Shown here one piece after another: positions 11,590 to 24,249 of a DNA stretch of 47,000 nt. Within the stretch, counting starts at the first letter, position 1. Every line of letters begins with the position of its first letter. Below the pieces are notes generated by a model that did no database searches, had not been told where the DNA came from, and saw only the letters and a program-made list of their open reading frames with translations. The position numbers and the translations under genes were made by a program. Origin of the DNA: Eledone cirrhosa (taxonomy: Eukaryota); contig CAXHJY010001307.1 of NCBI GenBank assembly GCA_964016885.1, positions 1 to 47,000 of the forward strand, written 5' to 3'.

Positions 11590-14500
11590 ATATCATCATC
11601 ATCATCATCTTCGTTTAATGTCCATTTCCCACGCTAGCATGGGTTAGACGGGAGTTGAGGCAAGGCTTGTCGGGTGACCGTGTCTCACTCATATAGAACT
11701 ATCTGGCAGGTTTTCTACGGCTGGATGCCATTCCTAACACCAACCACATTTACAGTGTGGAACTGGGAACTTTTTACCGTGTTACCTACATGACCACATT
11801 ACAGCGTGGACTGTGTGTGTTTTTTTTTCCGTGACACCTACACGAACTCGATCTCATTTTCTCATGCTGTTGGTGGGAGTGGGAGGATAGGGGAGGGGTA
11901 GTAGATTGGGGTGTATATTTGGTTAAGAGGTGCCTACTGACTGTAGGTTTCGCTTTGTACATAGGCAAGGCGGGTCTTCTGTATTACTGCATAGCACCAA
12001 AGATCTCAGTCCAGAGAATTGTCTTAGAGAGATGTAAGTATGTAAGGTCGGAATTTATCAGATCATCCCAGGTTTTTCTGGGTTTACCTACTCCGTAACT
12101 ACCATCAATTTTGATCGCCCTTCACTTTTTTATACAACTGTCGTCTTTCATACGCATCACATGGCCATACCAATGTAGTCTTCTCTCAAGTAAACAGCAT
12201 CTGATCCCTCTTATTCCTAATTTCTCACTTAGTTCATATATGCTTTGCCGTTCACGTATATTACTATTACACATCCAACGGAGCATGCATGCTTCGTTCC
12301 TTTCCAGCCTACGCAGGTCCTCTGCACGTAATGCCCATGCCTCACTGCCATGTAGCATTGCTGTTCGTATACAGGCATCATACAATCTGCCTTTCATTTT
12401 TAGAGAGAAACCTTTTGTGGCCAACAACGGTATAAGCTCTCTGAACTTTTTCCATCCCGTTCTGACTCTGGCTACTGTACTTTCAGAACACCCTCCACCA
12501 CTGTTGATTTCGTCACCCAGGTAACGGAAAGTGTCTACTATTTCTATAGAACCATCTGGGCAATGGAAGGAGCTAGTATTCTTTGGACACTTGCTACTTA
12601 TTACACCTGAGCATTGGCCACATATAAAGTCTACGTTCTTAGATAGTTTACCTGTGATCCCACTACATCTTTTATGTACCCATACTTTGCATTTGGGACA
12701 TAAAATGGAATTTCTGCCTACTCCTTTCCTACACACTGAGCATGGCCATTTCCTTGAGGGCAACTGTGCCCTATTTTCCTTTCTACAAACTAGAACTTTA
12801 GTCTTAGACAAGTTAACTTTAAGGCCTTTTGATTCTAGGCCATGCTTCCATGTTTCGAATTTCTTCTCTAGTTCAGCCATTGATTCAACTATGAGCGTTA
12901 GATCATCTGCGTATAGGAGTTCCCATGGGCAGCTGGTCTTGAACTCCTCTGTTATAGCCTGAAGGGCAATAATAAATAAGAGGGGGCTAAGGACAGAGCC
13001 TTGATGAATGCCAACTTTTACACTAAATTCTTCACAATATTCATTGTTAAATCTAACCTTACTGACTGTTTCATTATACATATCTTGTATAGCTCTCACC
13101 AGCCATTCATCTACATCTAGTTTTCTAAGAGCCCACCAGATAATGGAGCGGGGGACTCTATCAAAAGCTTTCTCCAAGTCTACAAAAGCAAAGTAGAGGG
13201 GCTTACTTTTAGCTAGGTACTTCTCTTGTAGTTGTCGTACAAGGAAAAGAGCGTCTGTGGTACTTTTACCTGACACAAACCCAAACTGCATTTCATCTAG
13301 ATCAATTCGCTCTCTGATTAGTTGCGCTATTACTCTTTCTGTGACCTTCATGACCTGGTCAACTAACTTAATGCCTCTATAGTTTCCCCTATCTAGAGCA
13401 TCCCCTTTACCCTTGTAGCAGTTAATGATGATGCTGCTACGCCAGTCTTTCGGTATGACCCCATTCTGTATTACTTGATTAACTATACAGGTGACCATAG
13501 TGTGTCCCGCCATACCAGATGCCTTCAACATCTCAGCAACTACCTCCGAAGGCCCAGCTGCATTGCCTGTCTTCATATCTTTGATTGCCTTACTTATTAT
13601 ACTACCTTTACCTTGCACCATTGGATCGATTTGGGACAGACTATCTTTTTCCCATTTATTCTCCTCATTTAATAGTCTCTCGTAGTGACACTTCCAGGCT
13701 TATCAGTGAGCGCAAGTACACCATTATCATTACGGACACACTTCTCCCCGACAATATCACGGTTTTCCTTGACACATTGTCTAGCAATCCTGAACACCTC
13801 ACGTTTTTGGTCCTCACGTTGCAGAACATGCTTGAACTTTCTATCCTCTGCTACCCTTTTTGCAAGGTACACTTGTCTCCTAGCTTCTCTCCTGGCCACT
13901 TGATAGTGCTCTCTACTTCCCCCCATCCTGCCATTCTTGCCAAGCCTGCTTTTTGCCCTTGATTGTCTCTTCCACCTCACTGTTCCACCACCAAGTTACT
14001 CTCCTCCTGCCAATAGGTCTGCTCCAGCCACAGATTTCATCTGTTGCTTTCAGCAGGTTCTCTTTCAAGAATTGCCACTGTTCCTCTATATTTGCTAATT
14101 GCTCTTCCTTATTGTCAAAGGCAACAAATAATAAGCTTTTAAATTTGTAACTGGCTATGGGGTCCTTCAACTTCCATATTCTTCTCCTCAAGGTAGGCCT
14201 CCTCTGTCGTCGAGTACGTCTATTCCTCACTATGAGGTCACTAACTACTAGGCGATGTTGGGAGGTGCATTCTTCACGGGGGGAGGGATTTAGAGTTTAC
14301 AACAGACATTTTGTCCCGTCTTCTAGTAAGAATATAATCTATCTGGCTGGCGTGTTCCCCTGATCTATAGGTGATCAAGTGTTTTTTGAAGTTTGTGTTA
14401 CATATAGTTAGGCTATTTGCATCACAAAATTCTAGGATTCTGAAGCCCTCCTCATTTCTATTTCCAACCCCATAGCCTCCATAGATTCCATCATAGCCAT

Positions 14501-15150
14501 CACTATGTTGTCCAACGTGACTGTTTAGATCGCTAGCAATAATTAAGTAGTCGCTGTCGGTTATTTGGGAGGTAGTGTGCATTAGCATCTCATAGAACCT
14601 GTCCTTTATAACATCAGGGAGACCAGATTGGGGTGCATAAGCAGATATTATTGTCACGGTAATTCTATTGAGAACTAGTCTTAATTTAATTATTCTGTCA
14701 TTCACTATATTTACATAATTACCTTATCTACCCATTTTTCAGCTAACATAATTCCTACACTACCCTGTCCGTTGTCATTTCCCACCCAGAAAAGTTTATA
14801 GCATCGTTTTTTACCCACGATGAATCTGGCAGATCCCCCTCTCCACCTAGTCTCTTGAATACAACAAACATCAACTTCTTTACGTTCAAGCATCTCTACA
14901 ACCTCATTTGAGCGACTTTTCAATGTGCCTACGTTCATGGTACCAACTCTGAAGTTGGGAGGGTGGGATAGATGGGTTGGAGGGGCAGGGAGGGTGTGGG
15001 AGACGGAATTATGTTGATCATCCTGCAGCGGGAGGAGAATTTATCTTTATCTGTGACATTGTCATTGAGCGCTTAGACTTTCCAAATTCCGCAGTCCACC
15101 CATCAAACAGGTGGTAGCTTTGCTCTACTGATTTGTTACTGAGAACTTAC
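11590..15150 (-). mobile_element. Near-full-length RTE-clade LINE (APE + RT), frameshifted
   Basis: MNVGTLK..CCIQETRW, SAYAPQ, SDLN, SQIDY, then the 499-aa RT ORF (YRGIKL, QFGF, DLEKAFD, QGSVLSP, YADD, FRYLG, MLHGSEAW, WYGHV), a 3' UTR and a (GAT)n tail near 11592. Confidence 0.95.
12611..12748 (-). other. C4HC3 PHD-type zinc finger inserted within the RTE reverse transcriptase
   Basis: WPCSVC-RKGVGRNSIL-CPKC-KVWV-HKRC-SGITGKLSKNVDFI-CGQC lies between YADD and FRYLG. Confidence 0.8.
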
Positions 15151-15647
15151 TATAAGCATCTCAGTTATGATTGAACCATATATAAATGGTGGTGTCTGAG
15201 GGGTGGGAAATGGGTAACTTTAGCAGAAGGTTAGTTTTAGGAAGGGTCCAACAGAATGAGACATATTATTAAAAACATGTAAGATATTAATTGAAAATCC
15301 AAGAGAAAAACGGAGAATTTGAATTCTATATATACTGTACATAGTGTATGTATAATATATATATTATACATAGTGTATATATATATAGTATATATGTTGT
15401 GAAATCACTGGTGCCAAGCTGTATCAGTCATTACCATTCCCTTGGACAACATCATATATAGTGTATAATATATAGTGTACACAGTGTATATATAATATAT
15501 AGTGTATATATATGTTGTGATATCACTAGTACCAAGCTGTATCAGTCATTACCTTTCCTTTGGACAACATCGGTGGCGTGGAGTGAGAGACTGGTATACA
15601 TGGGTGACTGCTGGTCTTCCTCAAACAACCGTAATTATCTTCCTATT

Positions 15648-16090
15648 CCATAGATTCCTTCAATTGTGTGAGGTCAGCTTTTCTCACCTAATCCCAGGTC
15701 TTCCTATTCCATAGCTTCCATCAATTGTGTGAGGTCAGCTTTTCTCACCTAATCCCAGGTCTTCCTACTCCATAGCTTCCACAATTGTGTGAGGTCAGCT
15801 TTTCTCACCTAATCCCAGGTCTTCCTACTCCATAGCTTCCATAAATTGTGTGAAGTCAGCTTTTATCACCTCAAACAAGGTCTTCCTACTCCATAGCTTC
15901 CATCAATTGTGTGAAGTCAGCTTTTATCACCTCAAACAAGGTCTTCCTACTCCATAGCTTCCATCAATTGTGTGAGATCAGCTTTTATCACCTCAAACAA
16001 GGTCTTCCTACTCCATAGCGTCTATCAATTGTGTGAGGTCAGCTTTTATCACCTCAAACTATGTCTTCCTACTTCACAGCTTCCATCAAT
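15648..16090 (-). repeat. 61-bp RTE-derived minisatellite, ~7 copies (mirror of 1967-3310)
   Basis: CAATTGTGTGAGGTCAGCTTTT.TCACCT...GGTCTTCCTACTCCATAGCTTCCAT units. Confidence 0.9.
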
Positions 16091-16191
16091 TTTATAAAAT
16101 GCTTGAAAATGACTTAGAAAAATTTTTAATCAAAGTCGAAATGTAATCCCAAAAGAGGAAATTGGAACATTATCCACTGAAAGTTGCTTAA

Positions 16192-16408
16192 CCCTTTAAC
16201 ATTTAAACTGGCCATAACTGGCCAGAATTTTGTCCCCTTTTTCGTTTTAAACCATCCATAATTGGCCACTCATACTGATGTTAAGGTATTGTTTTCAATA
16301 TAAATAATATCAAAATCTCATAGATTCAATATTATGTGACATATGTGTAGTAAAGCCTTTACCATGGAAATATAATAGTATATATGTAGTAATGTAAATG
16401 CTAAAGGG
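16192..16408. mobile_element. TTAA-flanked piggyBac-like MITE (single copy)
   Basis: TTAA-CCCTTTAAC...GCTAAAGGG-TTAA. Confidence 0.75.
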
Positions 16409-17564
16409 TTAAACCCTGAAGAAGGGACTTTTAGGTCACGCAATATTGTACAAATAAAAGAACAGCAATAAAAAAACAAAACAAATATTACCAGGTAACT
16501 TTTACTATTCCTTACCTCATTTTACAGTCCATTTTGGATTGTTTAGCCTTCTATCTCTTTCAACATTATATTTTATATAGAATGCTTCAAGCAAACTGCA
16601 ACATTTTATTATATATCATCATCATCAATTAACGTCCATATTTCACGCTAGCATGGGTTAAACAGGTCCCATTTAGAGGCAAGTTGTGTCAGGTGACCGT
16701 GTCTCAATCATATGGGGGTGTTTCTGGCTAGCTCTCTACAGCAGGATGCCCTTCCTAACGCCAACCACATTGACAGTGTGGACTGGGTGCATTTCCCAAG
16801 ACACCTACATGTCCACTTTACAGTGTGGGCTGGGTGCTTTTTGCTGTGTCTTTTACATGACCAGTGTGGATGGGATATATATATATATATGTCTGTGTCA
16901 TCACTATTTAATGTCCATTTTTCCATTCTTGCATGGGTTAGACGGGTCATCCACGCCAGGAGGCAAGTCTGGCCAGGGTTGGCCATGTGTCACACCTTGC
17001 TCAGGTGAGGTCTGTAAATTTGGTCGAGTATTTTGCAGCTGGATTCTCTTCCTGACATGAACCATGTTTACAGTGTGGGACTGGTTTATTATCTCATACT
17101 GTTTCTCTCTTATAAGTCCTATAAGAATGAATTTTTTGCTAAACTGCCATAGAGCAGACCTCTGAAGTGATAGAAGGATATGATTTATAGAGCATGCTGG
17201 AATACCACTGCTTACATTGGAGAGAATTTCTCTGGACAGAATGTTGATATCTACAGTTTACCAATATAGAAATATAAGATTTCCACTGTTAAATCTATCT
17301 CTGCTTCTAAAGTATTCTCTATTATCTCATAATGTTTCTTTCTTATTTCAGAATATCAGATGACATTGGGATAAATTAATATTTTCAATCTTGGATACAT
17401 CACCTCTATTTATCATCATTTGAAGACTAAAACATTCTAAGCAGAACTTATATAACACTGTTTATATAAATCTCTCATCGTATTACTGCGAAATATTTCC
17501 TCAAAACTGAGTTTATTTTCTTCACTATAAGATGGTTTTGTATTTTAACTAAACTTAGATGAAA

Positions 17565-17586
17565 CCTAACTTTGTATTATCTTCAG
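17565..17586 (+). promoter_or_regulatory. Putative branch point and 3' splice acceptor of the ZNF coding exon
   Basis: CCTAAC-TTTGTATTATCTTCAG, ending 123 nt upstream of the ATG. Confidence 0.55.
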
Positions 17587-17709
17587 ATATTAACTGAAAT
17601 TACAGTTGAGGGAAATATATATATTTTTTAGGAATATAGTATATATATTTTTTAGGAATATAATATAAAAAATATTACAAGTAAAACATTTGTTGAAGAA
17701 GAAATCATT

Positions 17710-18900
17710 ATGGAAAATAAATTGAGTGAAAAGATTAAATGTGAAACACAATCGAAAATGTGTAGTATTACTGGTGAGATGACAAAGGCTAGAGAAGAGA
17801 AGCCATATCACTGTGATATCTGTGGCAAATCATTCTCTTTAAGTAGTACCTTAATTAAGCACATACGTACCCATACAGGAGACAAGCCATATGACTGTGA
17901 TATCTGTGGTAAATCATTCTCTCAAAGTGGTACCTTAACTACTCACAAACGTATACATACAGGAGAGAAGCCATGCCACTGTGATATATGTGGTATATCA
18001 TTCTCCGATAGTAGTACCTTAACTAGACACAAACGTATACATACAGGTGACAAGCCATATCGCTGTGATATCTGTGGTATATCATTCTCTTTAAGTAGCA
18101 GCTTAAGTAGCCACAAGCCTATACATACAGGAGATAAGCCATATCATTGTGAAATCTGTGGTAAATCATTCTCTCGAAGTAGTAATTTGATTGCTCACAA
18201 ACATATACATACTGAAGAAAAGCAACATCACTGTGATATCTGTGTTAAATCATTCTCTCAAAGTAGTGACTTAACTAGACACAAACGTATACATACAGGA
18301 GACAAGCCATACCACTGTGATATCTGTGGTACATCATTCTCCGATAGTAGTCCCTTAACTAGACACAAACGTATACATACAGGAGACAAGCCATATCGCT
18401 GTGATATCTGTGGTATATCATTCTCTGTAAGTAGTTACTTAACTGATCACAAACGTATACATACAGGAGACAAGCCATACCACTGTGATATCTGTGGTAA
18501 ATCATTCTCTCAAAGTAGTACCTTAACTAGACACAAACGTATACATGCAGGTGACAAGCCATATCACTGTGATATCTGTGGTAAATCATTCTCTGTTAGT
18601 ACTACCTTAACTGGCCACAAACGTATCCATACAGGAGACAAGCCATACCACTGTGACATCTGTGGTAAATCATTCTCTGATAGTACCAACTTAACTAGAC
18701 ACAAACGTACCCATGCAGGAGAGAAATCATATCACTGTGATATCTGTGGTAAATCATTCTCTGGAAGTAGTAGCTTAACTAGACACAAACGTATACATAC
18801 AGGAGACAAGCCATATCACTGTGATATCTGTGGTAAATCATACTCTGGGAAAAGTAGCCTAACTACTCACAAACTTATACATACAGAAGAGAAATCATAA
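17710..18900 (+). CDS. Tandem C2H2 (Kruppel-type) zinc-finger protein, 13 fingers, no recognisable effector domain
   Basis: Intact 396-aa ORF: a 32-aa leader plus 13 x 28-aa [14 protein letters not shown] repeats, mostly with TGDKP linkers. Confidence 0.95.
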   Translation: MENKLSEKIKCETQSKMCSITGEMTKAREEKPYHCDICGKSFSLSSTLIKHIRTHTGDKPYDCDICGKSFSQSGTLTTHKRIHTGEKPCHCDICGISFSDSSTLTRHKRIHTGDKPYRCDICGISFSLSSSLSSHKPIHTGDKPYHCEICGKSFSRSSNLIAHKHIHTEEKQHHCDICVKSFSQSSDLTRHKRIHTGDKPYHCDICGTSFSDSSPLTRHKRIHTGDKPYRCDICGISFSVSSYLTDHKRIHTGDKPYHCDICGKSFSQSSTLTRHKRIHAGDKPYHCDICGKSFSVSTTLTGHKRIHTGDKPYHCDICGKSFSDSTNLTRHKRTHAGEKSYHCDICGKSFSGSSSLTRHKRIHTGDKPYHCDICGKSYSGKSSLTTHKLIHTEEKS

Positions 18901-19465
18901 CGCATTGACATCAGTGATAAATCCTTCCCTCAAATGTTTTAAATTAATTAGAATACAAATACATATCATTGTGACATGTGAGGGAAATCATTCTCATTGA
19001 ATGTTACATTAACTACACACAAACATATACATACAGCTGGGAAGCCATATCACTTTGATATATTTGGTAAATCATTCTCTAAATGTTGTGGCTTCACTAC
19101 ACACTAACATATACAGGAGAGGAACTGTATCACTTTGATATATTTGGTAAATCATTCTCTAAATGTTGTGGCTTCACTACACACTAACATCTACAGGAGA
19201 GGAACCATATCACTTGTGATGTCTGTGGTAAATCATTCTCTAAATGTTGTGGCTTCACTAGACACTAACATATACAGGAGAGGAACTATATCATTGCGAT
19301 GTCTGGTAAATCATTGACTAAATGTTGTGGCTTCACTAGACACTAACATATACAGGAGAGGAACTGTATCACTGTGATGTCTGTGGTAAATCATTGTCTA
19401 AATGTTGTGGCTTCACTACACACTAACATATACAGGAGAGGAACCATATTATTGTCTGTGATATA
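18901..19465 (+). pseudogene. Decayed zinc-finger repeats after the stop codon, including ~5 copies of a ~80-bp unit
   Basis: GGTAAATCATT recurs at 19066, 19146, 19227, 19305 and 19385, with CATATACAGGAGAGGAAC..TATCAC linker remnants. Confidence 0.85.
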
Positions 19466-19779
19466 TAATTCTCTTGTAAAGGTTACTTGATGCAACACAA
19501 ACACAATGAGACAAGATAAAACCCATGTCACTCACCTAAAATAGTGCCACCAATGTTGTTAATATTTTGAATAAAACTGTTTTACTAAGAAATTCTTCTT
19601 CTATTATTTTATTTGTAGAAGTTGTAACCAAGAGTTTTGCTGACAAAACTAGTGTTCAGAATTTACATACGTTATATATATGTGAATGTATGTGTAGAAA
19701 TTTGTGTCCATGTATATGTTTGTATCTGTTTGCATATAAGGATTTGATTTATTTAGTATCTATGTGTGTATATGTATGT

Positions 19780-20410
19780 CATCTTCATCAACCCCATAAC
19801 TGTTTTTATATCTGTTTTTCCATGCTTCCTTGGGTTGGACAGGTCCTTCTCAACATGGCACCTTTCCACTTGTCGTGTTCCTTTGTCATGTCCTCTGTGA
19901 GAGTCAGTTATTTGAAGTCAGCTGACACAGCTTCTGTCCGGGTCTTTCTTGGTCTACCTCTACTATGGCTTCCTTCTACTGGGATTTCCTGGCACTTCAT
20001 CACCCAGCAGTCATTATCCATGGGCATCACATAACTGGACAAACACAGTCTTCTCTCTTACACACCACTTCAGATCACTCTTAAACCCAGCTTCTTGAAC
20101 TTGTCCAAACTCTGTCTTTCTCTCACACTTACACAACATATCATACAAAACATGGTTGTTGCATTTCTCTCCAGTCTACACATCCTCTGCAGTCACAGCC
20201 CTTATTTCGTTACCATGCATCATTGCACATCACCCACATGTGTCATACAGTTGTCCTTTTGTACAGAGAGAGAAACCTTTTGTGGTCAATTGTTGCAGTA
20301 GCTCTCTAAACTTTTTCCATCCTATCCTTATTCTAGCTATTCATGTTTCAGAGCAGCCCCCTCCACTGCTAATTAAGTCACCTGCATTGCAAAAGCAATC
20401 AACCACTTCT
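19780..20410 (-). mobile_element. RTE LINE 3' fragment (old)
   Basis: Reverse complement matches the SSGGGCSE..RIGWKKFRELL / LHG.E.W region and the 3' tail. Confidence 0.8.
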
Positions 20411-20669
20411 ATGTATGTCTAATTACATATATAATTAAGCCTGACAATTCCACCACTAAGGATTTACCTCCCTTTTTGACAATATGAAACTCTCCTCTGT
20501 TTCAAGTGAAAATTGTTGGAGGAAAGAACTTCCTTTTAATATATTTGTCAGCATACCTAATGAAGGGTCTGTTTGGAAGTGCCTCCCCTAATATACAGTG
20601 GTGGCCATAAGTGGACTTGACAACCAATGGTCACACATATGTTATGTGTATGAAACATTATTTATTCTA

Positions 20670-22152
20670 AATAGACTATGGGTACACAAGAGATTTAGTG
20701 GGATACAAGGTGAGTTAGCTAAGAACGTAGATTTTACAAGGGGTCATTGCACTGGAGCAGTAAGCAGCAATTGCTTTTAGGAGACAAGCTCTATCAAATA
20801 TTTAAAGGGTTCCATAGAAGCAATTGACAGTTTCTGTTACCAGGGTGACCAAATTAGCAGTGGAGGTAGGTGTTCTGAAAGTACAGTAACCAGAGTAAGA
20901 ACAAGATGGCAAAGGTTGAGGTTGCTACTACTGCTGCTAGCTACAAAAGGTTGTTTCATCAAATTAATGTCTGCATATGAACAACAATGCTGCATTGCAG
21001 TGAGATGTGGGCAGTGTGTGCAGAGGACCTCCGAAGATTGGATAGAAATGAAGCTTGAATTCTCCACAAGATGTGTAATATTAATATACATGAAGAGGAA
21101 AGTGTAAATAATCTGAGAGAACTCGGGCATGAGAGGGATAAGATACAGTATGCAGGAGAGGAGATTGCTGTGGTATGGACACGGGATGTGTATGAAGGTA
21201 GAGATGTTGTATAAAAGGTTGACTGCTTGAAATTGATGGAAGAGGAAGACCTAGGAAAGCTTGGGATGAGGAGTTAAAAACTGACCTGACACCATTGTAC
21301 CTCTCAAAGGTGATGACACAGGATTGAAATCTCTGGCATTATACAGTACTGCAGGAGACCTGCATTCCCATGTCCACAGGTTGACACAACATTCAGTGGT
21401 TTGAAGTATGCTCCAGTTTTCCTCCTCTCCGCATCTTAACACTCCACCCCCTTACCAGCTAAGTACACCACCCTGACCTACCTCTCCAATCCCCACCCTA
21501 CATACACACAGCCCCACCCCCACTTTCACATCTGATACACCTCTCTTGACCAACCCATGTATACAAGTATGGAAAGCTTAACATGCTCTACTCCAATGCT
21601 GCTGAAATGGCTAAAAGCCCTCAGAGAACCCTGTAAGGTGGTCGTGCAAGTGTCATGACAAAAGAGCACTGAGTCCTCTCTGTTAGGTAATATGAGTACC
21701 TAACCCTCCCTGCAAGGTAGTCATGCTAGTGACATGACAAATAAGCTCCCAGTCCACCCTGTGATGTAGACATGACAGGAGGCCCCTAGCCCACTCTGTA
21801 AAGTAGTCATGCTAGTGGCAAGACTGAAGGCACACAAACCACCCTTAGAAGTTGTCAAATTGATGACATGACAAAGAGCATCCAGTCTGCTCTGTTAGGT
21901 GGTGGTCTTGATGATGACACAACAAGAAGCACCCAGTCCACCCTGTAGGTTAGTTATGTTAGCAACACAACAATAAATGCCAAGTCCACTCTGTAAATGT
22001 GGTTGGATTTAGGAAGGGCATCCAGCCATAGAAACCAACCAGAAATGTTTCTTGCATGAGCCAGACACGGTCATTTGATCTAAGTTTTCACACAACAGGA
22101 TAACTTGTCTGACCCATGCTAGCATGCAAAATGGAACTTAAAGTGTGATGAT
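20670..22152 (+). mobile_element. RTE LINE 3' fragment with a long 3' UTR containing degenerate ~60-bp repeats
   Basis: LWVHKRFSG..DF, SSGGRCSE, WYGH and KAWDE remnants; repeated CC.CTCTGT.AGGT.GTCATG motifs; tail CCCATGCTAGCATG...GATGAT. Confidence 0.8.
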
Positions 22153-22256
22153 ATATATGAATATGCACGTGTATATATATATATATATATATAGTAATAA
22201 TAATAAACGTGAAGACTGAAATCCGAAGAGGGATCGATAAGGATTATATATATATG

Positions 22257-22287
<31 letters not shown>

Positions 22288-22579
22288 ATATATATGTGTA
22301 TATATAAGCCGTAGACCAACTATTGTTTAAAATAATGAGTTTCAGAAGATCCCGTTAAGGTTGAAAGCAGCTATTCTTTGTTTAAAGAGAGAGAGAAGGA
22401 GAATGATATTTTGACGGTTTTCGAGTTTATTCCGAAGTCTGTGCAAAGGACTTGCTGTTGATTTCATAACTAAACTTTGGATATTTTAGACAAAAAAACT
22501 AAGTTGTAATGGATAATATTGCTGCTATTTCTAGCAGTTAGAAAGACTACGTAGAGGTTTTCTTAGAGGTTTTGTAAGG

Positions 22580-22850
22580 TGGCATTGCAGGTCTAAATTC
22601 CATAGTTGTAATAGAATCTGATGTCAGAGGTGGTGGAGATGGTACATTTTGGTCTTCAACAGTGAAAATGCCTCCATTGCATTCAGCAATGAATTCTGTG
22701 CATTTCTTGGGTCGTCAGTAACCTGGCTTGTGTGGAGATTGTGAAGAGGACCAACTGAAGAGTGAGGTCTCTTCTTTGAATGTACATATTTCCAGAACAC
22801 CATACTGTCAGGGTTGGATGCTATGTGCAGTTAAGATAATGTAGTCTTAG
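22580..22850 (-). mobile_element. CR1/L2-like LINE ORF2 tether fragment
   Basis: Manual minus-strand translation gives SNPDSMVFWKYVHSKKRPHSSVGPL...VTDDP...IFTVEDQNVP. Confidence 0.55.
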
Positions 22851-23398
22851 ATACACTATGTCTGATGGCCACTAATACTAACTACTGTAGTGTATATTAG
22901 ATAATGTAGTCCTAGATACACTATGTCTGATAGTCACTAATGCTAAGTACTATACTGTACATTAGATAATGTAGTCCTAGATACACTATGTCTGATAGCC
23001 TCTAATGCTGATTATTGTACTGTACATTAGGTAATGTAGTCCTAGATACACTATGTCTCATAGCCAGTAATACTAACTACTATATTGTACATTAGATAAT
23101 GTAGTCCGAGATACACTATGTCTGATAGCCTCTAATGCTGATTACTGTACTGTACATTAGGTAATGTAGTCCTAGATATACTATGTCTGATAACCACTAA
23201 TACTAACTTCTATACTGTACATTAGATAATGTAGTCCTAGATACACTATGTCTGATAGCCACTAATACTAACTACTGTCCTGTACATTAGATAATGTAGT
23301 CCTAGATATACTATGTCTGATAACCACTAATACTAACTATTGTACTGTACATTAGATAATGTAGTCCGAGATACACTATGTCTGATAGTCACTAGTAT
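22834..23398 (+). repeat. 65-bp tandem repeat, ~9 copies
   Basis: AGATAATGTAGTCCTAGATACACTATGTCTGATAGCCACTAATACTAACTACTGTACTGTACATT, period 65 (22834, 22899, 22964...). Confidence 0.95.
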
Positions 23399-23469
23399 TT
23401 ACATAGTTCACAGGGAGATTCAGCGAGACAAAACGTGTGACATGCCTTCCTTTTTAAATACATATAGAA

Positions 23470-23710
23470 TCCATCTTATATCATAATGCGTCTGGGTATT
23501 TCATTGACACGTGTACCGTTGACATTGTTCTCAGAGAGATTCAGTGTGACAATTCTATGTAACAACGTTACCCTATAATTACTGGTACAACTTATTAGTT
23601 TTGCCAGCTGGGAGAAATGTTTTGTTCAAGGAGCCAACGCACAGACCACCCGGTCTGGGATTCGAACTCACGAACCATACGTTCTTGAATTACGCGCTAT
23701 CACCGCGTAA
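23470..23710 (-). mobile_element. Degraded tRNA-derived SINE
   Basis: Minus-strand box B GTGAGTTCGAATCCC, followed by TCCTTGAACAA and CAGCTGGCAAAA. Confidence 0.6.
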
Positions 23711-24249
23711 ACCCGGTTTCCTCCACACAAAATACACCAGAATAATTTAATCCGGATTAATTCACGAACAAGATTTACAATAAGTCGCTGAGAGTGATCT
23801 CCCTTGGCTGACTTTACAATCTTTACTTTTTCCATTAGAAATGAATTTGTTTCATGTCCGATTGAAAGACTCTGGATTTTTCACCTGTCTGGGGTTTAAT
23901 TAATGAGGAATTTTGAGGTATTTATAACAATTATTAATTATTTCATTACTGAGATATCATTTGAAGGATTTACTGAAGTTTTTAATTATTAATTATTTTA
24001 TTAGTAACTTAACATGTGGTTCTTGTATAAAATTATGTTGGAAGATTTTTAAGAAGAAGCTATGTAACCGGACCCCGTAAAATAGAATCCCTGGCTATGT
24101 AGCCGGTAAGAGTGTCAAACACCATGTGTTGCAGCCCTTTATGGTCTGAGTTAAGACAATTTAAAATCTTTTCCACCATCAATTGTTAAAAAACAAGTTA
24201 AAGTCATTTTGTCGTCCATTTTAACTTACGTTACACTTTAGTTATATAT

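Larger units (their letters stand above)
15330..17515 (+). repeat. Right arm of the inverted duplication (ZNF upstream/intronic region)
   Basis: Reverse complement of blocks within 1-3810. Confidence 0.95.

Noticed and set aside
12122-13621. 499-aa RT ORF as an active or domesticated gene
   Set aside because: The upstream APE and tether regions are broken by frameshifts, and the ORF stops before the normal C-terminus.
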